The translations under genes were made by a program, and so were the position numbers. From Sphyrna mokarran (Eukaryota), in contig JAGIQG010000040.1 of assembly GCA_024679065.1 (NCBI GenBank), positions 3,534,001 through 3,598,000 of the forward strand: a DNA stretch of 64,000 nt. The letters are read 5' to 3'. Positions 14,250 to 25,779 of this stretch are shown here, in pieces. How positions within the stretch are numbered: the stretch's first letter is position 1; every line of letters begins with the position of its first letter. The notes below the pieces were generated by a model. That model did not search any database. It was not told where the DNA came from and worked only from the letters and a program-made list of their open reading frames with translations.

Positions 14250-17110
14250 ACTTTCAACTCAATCAGCTTTCCAGTCCAAGGAAATGTTCAACAGATGTCA
14301 ATGGATGCGATATGATTGGGATTATGGGGACATGGCTGCAGGGTGATGAGGGATGGGAACTGGATGTCCCAGGATATTCCATATTTAAGAAGGACAGACG
14401 TAGAGAAAAAGTTGTCATGGTGGCATTGCTGGTTATAGATGCAATTAACATAATAGTGAGAAAGTATATTAGATCTGCAATGTGGAGTCTGAATGTATAG
14501 AGTTGAGAAAAATCAAAATTCATAATAATTAGTGGATATCATATATAGATTCAGAAACTGCATTTGTGTTGACGGAAATGACATTAAATATGAAATTATA
14601 GATACATGTGATAAGCGAATATCAGTGATCACGGGTGTTGTTAACTTGCAGATAGTTTGGGCAAATCCTAATAGCCACAATGTTACAGAGGAGGAATTAT
14701 TGGACTACGTGTGAGATGATTTTCTTGACCAGTATGTGGAAGAACCATCTAGACAGCAGGCCACCTGAGACTGGGTACTGTCTAATGATAAGGGAATAAT
14801 TGCCAATCTAGTATTGTGAGACCCCTTGGGGACGAGCGACCAAGACAAGTTAGAATTCATTATCAAGACTGAGAGTGAAGTAGTTGTTTCGGAATCTAGA
14901 ATGCTGAACGTTAAATAAAGGAAACTCTGAAGCTATGAAGAGTGAGTTGGCCTTGAAAGATTGAGGAGAGTTATTTAAAGGGTTGACAGTGGACAGGCAA
15001 TGGCAAATAAATCAAGGAATGCATGCAGGAACGGCAATAACTGTTTATTTCTCTCTGGCACCACAACAAAATTGGTAACAGGGCCAATCCATGGCCTACA
15101 AAAGAAAATTGGAGATAGTATCTGATTCAAGGAAGAAGCATGCAGGTTGGCCAAGGAAAAATACGTCTCTGAGGATTGTGAACTTTTCAGAATTCAGCAA
15201 AGAAGGACCAAACGATTGGTTAAGAAGGGGGAAATACATTATGAGAGTAAGCTTGCAGGGCACATAAAGACTGACACGGAGTTTCTATAGTTACGTGTAG
15301 CTAAAGAGTTGCTGAAGGCACTCATAGGTCTCCAACAGATAGCAATGGAGGAATGTGTAATGAGAGGTGAAGAAATGGCTGAGCAACTGAATACATACTT
15401 TGGTTCTGTCTTCTCAAAAGAAGACATAAATCTGATACCAGAAATGCAGGAGAATGCAAAATTTTGTGAAAGGGAAGTATCAAGGAAGATGAATATTGGT
15501 AGAGAAATGGTGTTGGGGAAATCAATGGAATTGAAGGCAGGTAAATTTCCAGGTCTGATCATCTACATCTCAGAAAATTTAAGGAAGTGGTTAGAAAAGT
15601 AATGGATGCATTGATGGTCAGCTTTCAGGATTCTGTAGACACTCAGCAGTGTCTGCACATTGGAGGGTAGCTGATGTCCTCCAATATTCAAAAAAAGAGG
15701 CAGAGAGAAGACCGAGAATTATAGACCATCAAGCCAAACATCAGTGGAAAAAGATCAAGAATCTTTATCAACGACTTTAGAGTGGAACATTTTGAAAACA
15801 GTGGTAGGATTAAACAGAGTTAGCATGGATCATGAAACGAAAATCATACCTGACAAATCTGTTGGAATTCTTTGAAGGTGTAACGAGTAGAGTTGACAAC
15901 GGGGAGCCAGTGGTTGTTCTATATTTGGACTTTCAGAAAGTATTTGACAAAGTCCCGAGAAAGAGATTGTCATGCAAGATTAAAGCACATAGGGTTGGGC
16001 GAAGGATAGGGAAGGATAGATAATAAGGATAGAAAACTGATTGGCTGACAGGAAACAAAGAATAGAAATTAATGTGTCCTTTTCAAATTGGCAAATAGTA
16101 ACTAGAGTGAAGTGCAACAGGAATCAGTATTGGAACCCCAGCTCTTCACACTATATATTAATTTTTGGATGAGGGAACAAAATGCAATATCTCAAAGTTT
16201 GCAGAATGTACCAAGTTGGGTGGAAGGGTGAACTGTGACGAGGATGCAGATTTCTTTCAGCATGATCTGTATCGGTTGGGTGAGTGGTTAAATGAATGAA
16301 AAATGCAGTATAATTTGAATAAATGTGAGGTTGTTCACTTTAGATTCAAAAACAAGAAGGCAGATGACTACGTGAATGGCTGTAAATTGAAAAAGGAGAA
16401 TATGCAGTGGGACCTGGGTGTTCTTGTACATCAGTCGCTGAAGGCATGCATGCAGGTGCATCAGATGGTGAATAAGGCGTTGGCCCTCCTTGCAGAGAGG
16501 TTTTGAGTACAAGAACAGGGGTGTGTTGTTGCAATTATACAGGACCTTGGTGCAGTCACGCCTAGCATATTGTGTGCAGTTTTGAACTCCTTTTCTGAGA
16601 AATAATGCTCTATTTCTCGAGGGATTGCAGCGAAGGTTTACCAGGTGATTTAGGGATGACGGCATGATGTATGAGGAGAGATTGACATGGTTAGGATTGC
16701 TTTCCTTGAAGTTCAGTCGAATGAAGGAGGATCTCATAGAGACTTACGAAATTTTAAAAGGACAAGACAGTGTACGTGCAGGAAAAATGTTCCCAATGGT
16801 GGGGGTGTCCAAAGTCAGAGGTCACAGTATGAGGATACAGGATAGACTATTTTGGACGGAGATGAGGAGGCATTTCTTCATCCATAAAGTAGTGATCCTA
16901 TGGAATTCATTATCACTGGGAGTACACAATGCCAAAATATTGGACGTATTCCAGAGGCGGCTAGATATAGCACTTGTGGCAAATGGGATCAAAGTTTATA
17001 GGAAGAAAATAGGCTATTGAGTTGGATGATCAGTCATGATCGTGACGAAAAGTGGCGTACGCTAGAAGGCTAAATGGTCTCTTCCTGCTCCTGTATTCTA
17101 TGTTTCTATG
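14250..17110 (+). mobile_element. Degraded CR1 LINE ORF2 (endonuclease + RT) in the GPCR intron
   Basis: TWLQGDEGWELDVPGY, LTNLLEFFE...YLDFQKVFDKVP and YEERL...FFIHKVVILWNSL, with many stops and frameshifts. Confidence 0.9.
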
Positions 17111-17546
17111 TTTAATTCGGGTGTGCTCTGATTATTAACTGCAGAAAGGGATGGCAGATTTTAGTGACAATCTCTAGTACATTTCTGTCCAAATTGGCTC
17201 TAATTGGGAAATGCATGCAGACTGCATTAATTCTCCAAAACAGATCAGATGAGGAACCCAACCTTTTAGAAATATTTGAATGATCAGAATCTGAAGATCT
17301 GTTCCATCAAAGTGAAAGATGTGTAATTCATAGCTTCCTCTCCCCTTCCCTGTTTTACCAGTGCTATTACATTCGCTACTTTCTAGTCAACAATGTGAAG
17401 GTCTAACCAAACTTTTCCAACAACACCTGCACCCCAAGAATCTCTGCTCATTGGATTGATGCTGAAATAATCTTCTTGAAGTTGGTCGAAGCATAGAGAA
17501 TGTTTACTTGCTGGTTTCCTCACTCTTGTCCTTTTCTCTCTGACAG

Positions 17547-18448
17547 TTAATTTACTGGGAATTCTGATCCTGAGTCGGGGAAAGTGTGGCCTCTCTACAT
17601 GCACCACTTGCTACCTGGTCGCCATGGGAGTGGCAGATCTGCTGTTCATCATCATTATTCCCATTCTCTTATATATGAATGATTATTTTTTCTCCTGGAG
17701 GTTTCTCTCCCTCACATCTGTGTGTCGTGTTAAAGGTGTCCTTCTGGCTGTAGTCACAGACTGTTCTGTCTGGTTCACCGTCACTTTCTCCTTTGATCGA
17801 TTTGTGGCCATTCGCTGCCAGAAACTGAAAACAAGATATTGCACTGGGAAAACTGCGGCTGTGGTTCTCATAATAACTAGCATCCTGCTCTCAGCGAAGA
17901 ACATCCCTGGGTACTTTACTTTTGAACCTAGAGACATAATCGACAATGTCCAGTGGGGCTGCAGGACAAAGACAAGCTATTGGACTCACCCGGGGTGGGT
18001 TGGATTTTCCTGGTTTGATCAGGTTATAACTCCATTGCTCCCATTCAGCTTAATCTTATTGATCAACACTCTGACAGTCAGTCACATTTTAGTTGCCAGT
18101 CGAGTCCGGAAAGGTCTGAGAGCTCAGAGTAAAGGAGAAAATCGGAGAGACCCTGAGATGGAGAACAGAAGGAAGTCAATGATTTTACTCTTCAGCATAT
18201 CAGGAACTTTCATTCTCCTCTGGTCGGTTTCTCTTCTAAAATTTATTTATGTTAAAGCAAAAGGACTAATTTATCCCACTATTCCTGAATATACTTTTCA
18301 ACAAGTTGGATTTATGCTGCGGGATTTAAATTGCTGCACGAACACATTTATTTATGCGGTGACTCAATCCAAATTCAGGGAGCAGATCAAGATTGCAGTG
18401 AAATATCCGGTTTCATCAATTATTCAATTAATGAAGAGACAAAGATAA
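17547..18448 (+). CDS. GPR139-like GPCR, exon 2 (TM1 end to TM7); spliced product about 322 aa
   Basis: Polypyrimidine-ACAG acceptor at 17546, then (V)NLLGILILSRGKCGLSTCTTCYLVAMGVADL, FSFDRFVAI, DPEMENRRKSMILL and NCCTNTFIY. The frame is open to TAA. Confidence 0.92.
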
Positions 18449-18449
18449 T

Positions 18450-19010
18450 TGACAGCCAATCAAAGACTGAGATCATTAACAGACCATATCATCTGATCAG
18501 AGATCCAGATCAGTAATTGACTGCCTCATTCAATCAGTAACTGATCATTGCAGCCAATCAGATGGAGGAATGACTAACTGACTGAGCCAATCTGGGACTG
18601 AGATTGCTAACTGTCCAGCTCAGCCAATCAGAGACAGGATCATGAACTGACTTAATCGGACAATCAGAGAGCGACATCATTAACTGACAGTCTCAGCCAA
18701 TCAGAAACTGGATCTCTAACTGTGTCTCAGTCAGAGACTGGATTCACTAGCTGATCACCTCAATCAATCAGAAATTGGTACTGCTAACTGACTGTCTCAG
18801 CCAATCAAGGACTGGAATTTCTAACCGAGTTCCTCAGCCAATCAGAGATTAGATTGCTAACTGACCACCACTGCCAATCATAGACCAGGATTGCTAACTG
18901 ACTTCCTCGGTCAATCTAAAGTGAAACGCTAACTGGCCATCCTAGCCAATTAACGAGAGGATTGTGAACAACAGCTCATCCAGTCAGAAACTAGATTGCA
19001 AACTGACAGC
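18450..19010. repeat. Degenerate ~36-bp tandem array, about 15 units (CAGCCAATCAGAGACTGGATTGCTAACTGA...)
   Basis: AGCCAATCAG and TAACTG recur with a period of about 36 bp. Confidence 0.85.
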
Positions 19011-19909
19011 TCCCTGTATTACATTTTCATTATCGCTCCCCCTCCAAGGCTACAACAGCCTCCTACCTCTCCCCCCACACCCGCCCCACCTCCCACATCC
19101 ATCTTATTTCATTCTCATTCTTGTCAATGAACAAAAAAAATTGAAATGTACATTACATGAACAGGCCCTTCTACCATCCAAGCCATGATGCCCAATTAAA
19201 ATGAAAAAAAAACTTCCACCTTACGAAGTCTTTGTCCCTCTATTGGTTCCCTATTCATGTATCTATCCAGATGTCTCTGAAATGTTGCTAATGTCATTGC
19301 TTCCACTTCCCTGAAGCATTTCCACTCTCATCTTGAACAGCTTTGGATTAGCACTTCGACTCTTTGAATTATCCTCTAACTATCCACACTCTTTATGCCC
19401 CTCATAATTTTGTAGACCTCTTTCAGGTTTTCCCTCAGCCAATTTCTTTTCAGTTGGAAAAAAACCCCAGTTTATTCAACACTTCTCATAGTCAACACTC
19501 TCGAGACCAGGCACCATCCGAGTGAAACGTCTTTGCACTCATAGAATCATTCAATCATAAAACCATTAAGCACAGAAGAGGCCCTTCGGACCATCGATTC
19601 CACACTAACACATCAGAAAGACTGAACTCCCAGCAAAGCTCCAAAGCTTATACATCCTTCTGATAGAGTGGTAGAAAAACCCAAATGCAGCATAATGAAA
19701 GTTTTAAAAGGTGTAAAATGATTTCCCAAGTCCTGTACTCAAAGCCCCGGATGATGAAGGGAAGCATGCCTTTTGCCTTCTTACTCACCTTCGCAATCTG
19801 TGTTGCCACATTTTGGGAACGTTGGACAGATCACTCTCCTCGTTAATGTTCCTAAGTTTCTGCCACTTTCAACATAACTTATACCTAAACTTGACACTCC
19901 AAAACTTAC

Positions 19910-20525
19910 CTTATTGAAACGTATAAGGTGATTAGAGGTTTAGATACGGTGGACAGTGATAGCCTTTTTCCTAGGATGGAGAAAGCTAGCACGAGGAGAC
20001 ATAGCTTTAAATTAAGGGGTGGTAGTTATAGGACGGATGTCAGAGGTAGGTTCTTTACCCAGAGGGTGTTAGGGGTATGGAATGCCCTGCCTGCTGCAGT
20101 TGTAGATGCGCCAAGTTTGGTGGCGTTTAAGAGGTTAGTAGATAAGTTTATGGATGAAAAGGGAACAGTTTAGGTTAGAGGGTCATTGCTTTTTCTTAAT
20201 TAGTCGGCGCAACATCGAAGGCCGAAGGGCCTGTTCTGCGCTGTAATGTTCTATGTTCTATCACCGTACATATGGCCGCATTGAATTCCACCCATGACTT
20301 CTATGCTCAATTCGCTGTCCAACGTGGAAATTGGCCAAAACCAGGGTGGTGAGGGCGCGGAATGCCCTGCCTGTAGCAGTTGTGGACTCGCCTACTTTGG
20401 GGGCATTCAAATGTTCGGTGGATAGGCATATGGATGATATTGGAATAGTTTAGGTTAGAGGGTCCACTGGCCGGCGCAACATCGAGGGCCGAAGGGCCTG
20501 TACTGCGCTGTAATGTTCTATGTTC
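19910..20525 (+). mobile_element. Two short CR1 3'-end fragments
   Basis: RFFTQRVLGVWNALP and (GTTCTAT)n tails at about 20260 and 20525. Confidence 0.85.
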
Positions 20526-20659
20526 TAAAACAGGCAAAATATTGTTTAAACAAAATGTGCTCATCAAGAGCCCAGGACTCCATTCACTCACTGCAATTCA
20601 CAAAGTCACTAAGGTGGGAGAAGATTTCATGTCCACATCGTCCCCATTACTAAATCCTG

Positions 20660-21420
20660 ACTGTCCCATGGCTAAAATTTATTAAAGACATCAGAGCAAT
20701 CTGATGAAGGGGGACAGAGATGATGGGGAGGAGGTCGGGAGGGGTCTTTTTCTAGATGCTGGCGAGAGCACCCAGCCGTTGTCAGGGCCTGCGTATCTCC
20801 CTCGTATCTCAAACTGCTTTTCTGCCTTATTATCAAGAACTACATCAACACTGATAATCTCCCTTAGTCCCTCCCATTTTCTGATTCCCGAATACCCACG
20901 CCATCTGCTCATTCCGTGTTCATGTTTTCTTGTAAATTCATCGTCAGCAGTGAAGCCTGCACTTCTATCAGTCGCTGCTCTCAAATCTCTGGATAGAAGA
21001 AAATTACTGCGGATGCTGGAATCTGAAACTGGAAGAGAAAATGCTAGGAAATCTCAGCAGGTTTAGCAGCAAGGAGAGAAAAGAGAGAAAAAGAGAAAGA
21101 TAGGAGAAAAAAAAGCTGAAGTTTTGTGTCCAGATGACAATTTTCAAAGCGCAAAGCCAAATCCTGAAGCTCCGCCCACTGGCCGCGCATGCGCTCTGCT
21201 CCCCGCTGAACAAAGATGGCTGCCTCGGCACTGGGCCGGACCCCGGATAAAATCCTCGGAGCTGCAAACCTGGGACCCGCAGATTCTTATTCAGGCCTTG
21301 CGGCCTACAGCGGGTATTCATGAAGCCTCCGTTCCCTCCTCACCCCGGCTCCCGGCTCCATTCCTCCCTCCGTCCTATCGACTCTCACCCGCTGAAAGAA
21401 GCATCTCCCGTATTCGCAGA
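20660..21420 (-). ncRNA. Candidate two-exon lncRNA (exon 1 about 21420-21344, exon 2 20988 to about 20660)
   Basis: GGG|GTGAGG donor at 21343, TTTTCTTCTATCCAG| acceptor at 20989 and AATAAA at 20683-20678. The spliced ATG ORF is only 12 aa. Confidence 0.4.
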
Positions 21421-21490
21421 GCTCCGAGCAAAATGACACTGCGCATGCCCAAGACACAGCACTGCGCCTGCGCATTGGCCACGTGTGGAA
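21150..21490. promoter_or_regulatory. CpG-rich housekeeping-type promoter
   Basis: Locally GC/CpG-rich, with NRF1-type GCGCATGCGC (~21185) and TGCGCATG/TGCGCCTGCGCA (~21440-21474), a GC box CTCCGCCC (~21170) and YY1-type AAGATGGC (~21213). Confidence 0.6.
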
Positions 21491-22789
21491 TGAATAGGGC
21501 ACTTGCACATCCGCAAGGAATGGTGGTTAACAGCAGTGTCATTGTAAGCTCAACAGTGGATATAAAATAATATTGTTAGCTATTGAGATAAATTACTTTT
21601 TTTAAAAAAACGCAAATTATTGCGAATTGATGATCTGCCATGTTAAATTTCTCAAAGTTCTGCCATGTTAAATTTTTCAAAGTTCTGTGGGACTACACAA
21701 ACGTTGAGAAGTTTTTATACTGTCTCCTCTCCCCTTCATTGATGGTACTGACTCTGACTGAGTTCAGTCGCACAGTCACTGATTCCTCTCTCGTTTTGTC
21801 TCTTCCTGATTCTGAATATTCACTGTTTTGCAGAATTATACAGCACAGATGGAAACCAGTCAGCTCAGCATCCTTCGCTGGCCTTCGGATGATCTATCCA
21901 ATAAATTCTATTGCCCTGTTGGCAAAGTCGGAACAATATATGTATCTTCTTTTGAACTGAGAGCTTATTGGAAAAGATATTCCAGGTTGATACATCTCAG
22001 ACATATTCACCTGTATTGAAAGCTTGATTGTCTGGTTTGTTAAGCAAATATTAAGTGCTCACCTACTTGTGCCGGTCGCTCTCCGCGATGAATGCCTGTT
22101 GCGTGTTATCTTGTAAGTTTTACAGAATCCATAGTGATGAAATTTGGTGGGTTTTGGAAACTGCAAGTGCCACACGAGCAGCTTGCGGGAATATTTCAGC
22201 TCACTGTCTATTTCGTGTTCCAGTGAACAAAAATCGCTGTTGTTATTGGCTGAAGCAGTCACTTGTGTTCGATCTAAAGATGACAATTTGAAGGAGAAAC
22301 TTGCTTTTGGTGAATAAAAAGTCTGAAATAAAAATCAAAGGGAGAGGAATTTTGTATAAAATAGAAGTTTAAGTAGCTTACATCAACTATGCTGATGGGT
22401 CTACTGGTTAGGATTCGGCAAATTCACTGCCCCAGATTTGATTCCGACTAGGGACAGAATTTTTGTTTCTGTGTCACTACCTAGTCAGTATCGGGTCTTT
22501 CAGAATCAATATGAGGAAGATTTACTCATTTCTTCTGAATTGGAAATGTCACATGTCGGAATCAAAAAAAAAGACAGTGCTCAGCGACAAAGTGTGAAGG
22601 ATCGAGATGGCGATCCAAAGTAAAATCTGGCTGTTAATAGGCTAGACTTATTGTTTCCATTGACCCAAATACCTTCCAGATCTGGCTCTAAATCTCGGGC
22701 TTAATGACAAGAAAACCTTTAACTCTATTAACTGCTCCGATCGCCAGTGAAATGGAAGCAGTTCTCACTCAGCAACCAGGAACTGAGAG

Positions 22790-23515
22790 ATTAACAAAGA
22801 ACAAAGAAAAAGACGGCATAGGAACTTGCCCTTCAGCCCTCCAAGTCTGCACAAAACATTTTGCCCGACTGAATTAAAATCCTCCTACCCTTCCGGGGGC
22901 CATATACCTCCATTCCCATCTTATTCATGTAGTTGTCAAGATGCCCCTTAAATCGTATCTGCTTCCACTGTCTCCTCCGACAGAAAGTTCCAGGCAGCCA
23001 CCACCCTCTGAGCAAAAATAAATGGTCTCATGCATCTCCTTTAAACCTTGCCCTCGCACTTTAAACCTATGTCTCCTAGTAATTGGCTCCACCCTGGGAA
23101 AAAAAGCTTCTGACTATCCACCATGTCCTTGCCCTTCATAACCGTGTAGATTTCTATCAGGTCGCCCCTCAACCTCCTCCTCTCCCATAAGAACAAATCA
23201 AATTTCTCCAACCTCTCAAAGGTAATGCCTTCTATACCAGGCATCATCCTGGTTAATCTTTTCTGTACTCTCTCCAAAGCCTCTGCATCCTTCTGGTAGT
23301 GAATTGAACACTATATTCCAAGCACGGCTGAACTGAGGCAGTATAAATCTGCAACATAACTTGCCCATTCTTAAAATCAATGCCCTGGCCGATGAAGGCA
23401 AGCATGCCGTTTGTCTTCTTGACTACTTTCTCCACCTGCGTTGCCACTTTCAGTGACCTCGGTGCATGTACATCCCTCTGACTATCAATATTTTTTATGA
23501 TTCTGCCATTCACTG
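22790..23515 (-). mobile_element. 5'-truncated CR1 LINE
   Basis: ERVQKRLTRMMPG and RRRLRGDLIEIY. Confidence 0.88.
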
Positions 23516-23959
23516 AGTACCATGGGATTTACTATTATGGCGACATTACCAGAGAATGGAGAACAAGAGTTCTTCCAGAAAAGCAGCAAAGTGAAATGGA
23601 AGCAGTTCTCACTCAATAATGGCACCCAATGTGGGACTGGAACCCGCGGTCCATTGACGCTGATAAATTAATGTTGTTCACCAGATTTACCACAAAATGG
23701 TTTATCACAGATTGATACTAACACTGTTCTTTGAATGCAATGAGATGCAGCAAAATTGAATGCAATAGAATGGTCCTTATAATGCCTCATAGCTTCAGGT
23801 ACTCAGGTTTCATTTCTCGAGTAACTGTCTGCATCCTATCACTGCCTTTCACAATCTGTGTTTATTCTCAGCCTGTTGCCGACGTGACATTTCCAGTTCA
23901 GAAGAAAACGCCTGCGAACCTGCAAGGGCTGAACACGAACCACGAGAGCACCAAGGTGG

Positions 23960-24345
23960 TAGGGCGTTTAGGAAAGTTACAGAACATCGAGATCTAGGGA
24001 TACATGGTCAGAGCTCACTGAAAGTGAAGTCACAGGTGGACATGATGCTGAAGAAGGCATTCGACATGTTTAGTTTCATTGGCCTGAACATTGAATACAA
24101 GAGTTGTACAAGACATTGGAATACTGTGTACAGTTCTGGTCACCCTATTATAGAACGGATTTATTAAACTAGAAAGAGTGCGGAAAAGATTTATTAGGAT
24201 GCGCCCGGGACTTGATAGTTTGGGTTATAAGGAGTGGTTGGATGAACTGGGGCTTTTTATCTGGAGCTTGAAAGGCTGACGGGTTGTCTTATCGAGGTTT
24301 ATAAAATAATCTGAGATATAGATCAGCTAGATAGTCAATATATTC
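23960..24345 (+). mobile_element. CR1 RT fragment
   Basis: Similar in sequence to 5560-6515 and 8614-9205. Confidence 0.8.
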
Positions 24346-24906
24346 ACTGAACGGCCTTGAGTTCCACCACATTCCATACATGACTGGGAGAATATGCCTG
24401 TGTGGGAAAGAGGGGAAACCGTATAATAAGGAAAATGGAGCGAGGATGATGAGTATTGGAAAACGGAATTAAGCCAAACCAGAGATGGTTAAATTTTCAT
24501 TAAATATTTATTTTAAAAATTCAGGGAATACTTTATAGCGACATTATTTTTTAAAGTTAGAAAAGTGCATATAATGATTGAGCTTCACATTGAGAACAGA
24601 ACACATACACATGGAATCCGTCAATATTTGTACATCTGTTACATACATCAGAAACTGAAAACAGGACCTTAAAGAAAGAGTGAATAAGAATAAGGAATGA
24701 GAAACGTTTCTTATTTATACATGATATTTAAACTATGGGGAAACTATTAACCATAATTATATTACAACAAACAATGTTCCCCTATATTTCACACTGAATA
24801 TTGAAATAACATCTAATGTTGCTTCAGTTACAGATTCAGAATGATAAACTGAGAGAAATTTACGGATAGACCACCGGTAAGAAATATTATATATGAGCCA
24901 TACAAA

Positions 24907-24954
24907 TCAGCTGAAGGAAATCTGCAGCGTCGAAAATTCAACACATCTCTTAAT
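24907..24954 (-). CDS. IGHM: IgM TM2 exon (IKRCVEFSTLQISFS*)
   Basis: Strong TCTTTCTTTTACAG acceptor closing a 139-nt intron after TM1. The exon begins ATT AAG (I-K, like the canonical V-K). Confidence 0.65.
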   Translation of the reverse strand: MKRCVEFSTLQISFS

Positions 24955-25093
24955 CTGTAAAAGAAAGATACAATAATGAAGCAGATGTTTATGATGCGGA
25001 ACAGTAATGTAGGAGTTTTTAATCAATGAAACATTGAGAGGTTTTCAAATCCATTCTGCCAGTTTGAAATGTGAGTGAATTGAATCATCTCAC

Positions 25094-25221
25094 TTTCACC
25101 AGAGTGACGGCAGTGCTGTAGAAAATGCTCAGGAAGAACAGGACGATGAATGTGGAAGCGGTTGTCCAGACATTGCTGTTATCATCCTCATTGCTGTCGA
25201 TCCAGATACGATCTGTGGGAT
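25094..25221 (-). CDS. IGHM: IgM TM1 exon
   Basis: DPTDRIWIDSNEDDNSNVWTTASTFIVLFFLSIFYSTAVTLVK contains the conserved CART motif, with AG/GT boundaries. Confidence 0.95.
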
Positions 25222-25779
25222 CTAGGGAACGGAGACCAAGAAATTACTTTACTGATCCAGAGAATCTTATTGTTATTTTTCTTTTCCTCGACCTCTTTCA
25301 TAAGCTGTTAATTCATTCTCTAATATAATTTTCAATGTTTATCTACTGTTAAATTCAGGACACTCAGTAACCGACTCCGTAATTACTTTCATACCAGATC
25401 GTTATTGACATTCCTTGGACAGTCCATGACAGAAAGCATTGAAGATGTCTTTTTGAGTATCAGTTCATTTTTGGACTATTTGCCACTATCCCTTATTGAA
25501 GAATGTTATTGAGGGACGTTCGCTGATCAATGATTGTTTTCACAGATGGTTACTGATCTGTAAAGTATGAATGCTACTGTTTAAGAGCTGGAATGTAGTT
25601 TCTGATCTTTTCTTATTTATGGTGGAAATGGTTAGTAGATCATTTGCTTATTTCAGTTTCTCAATGTATTTGTCGGTACAATGTACATTAGAATAGTTGT
25701 AGCGGAAATGCCCATTAAAATTCATGTTTAAATTTTACTTTTATCATTCACCTGTCATTTGTATTTACCAACTTGCATT

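Noticed and set aside
13688-14257. 189-aa hydrophobic ORF
   Set aside because: It is the antisense of a purine-rich low-complexity tract and has no domain features.
18450-19010. CRISPR-like array
   Set aside because: The DNA is vertebrate, the units are degenerate tandem copies without unique spacers, and there are no cas genes.
21634-21688. 25-bp tandem duplication
   Set aside because: An ordinary local slippage duplication with no sign of function.
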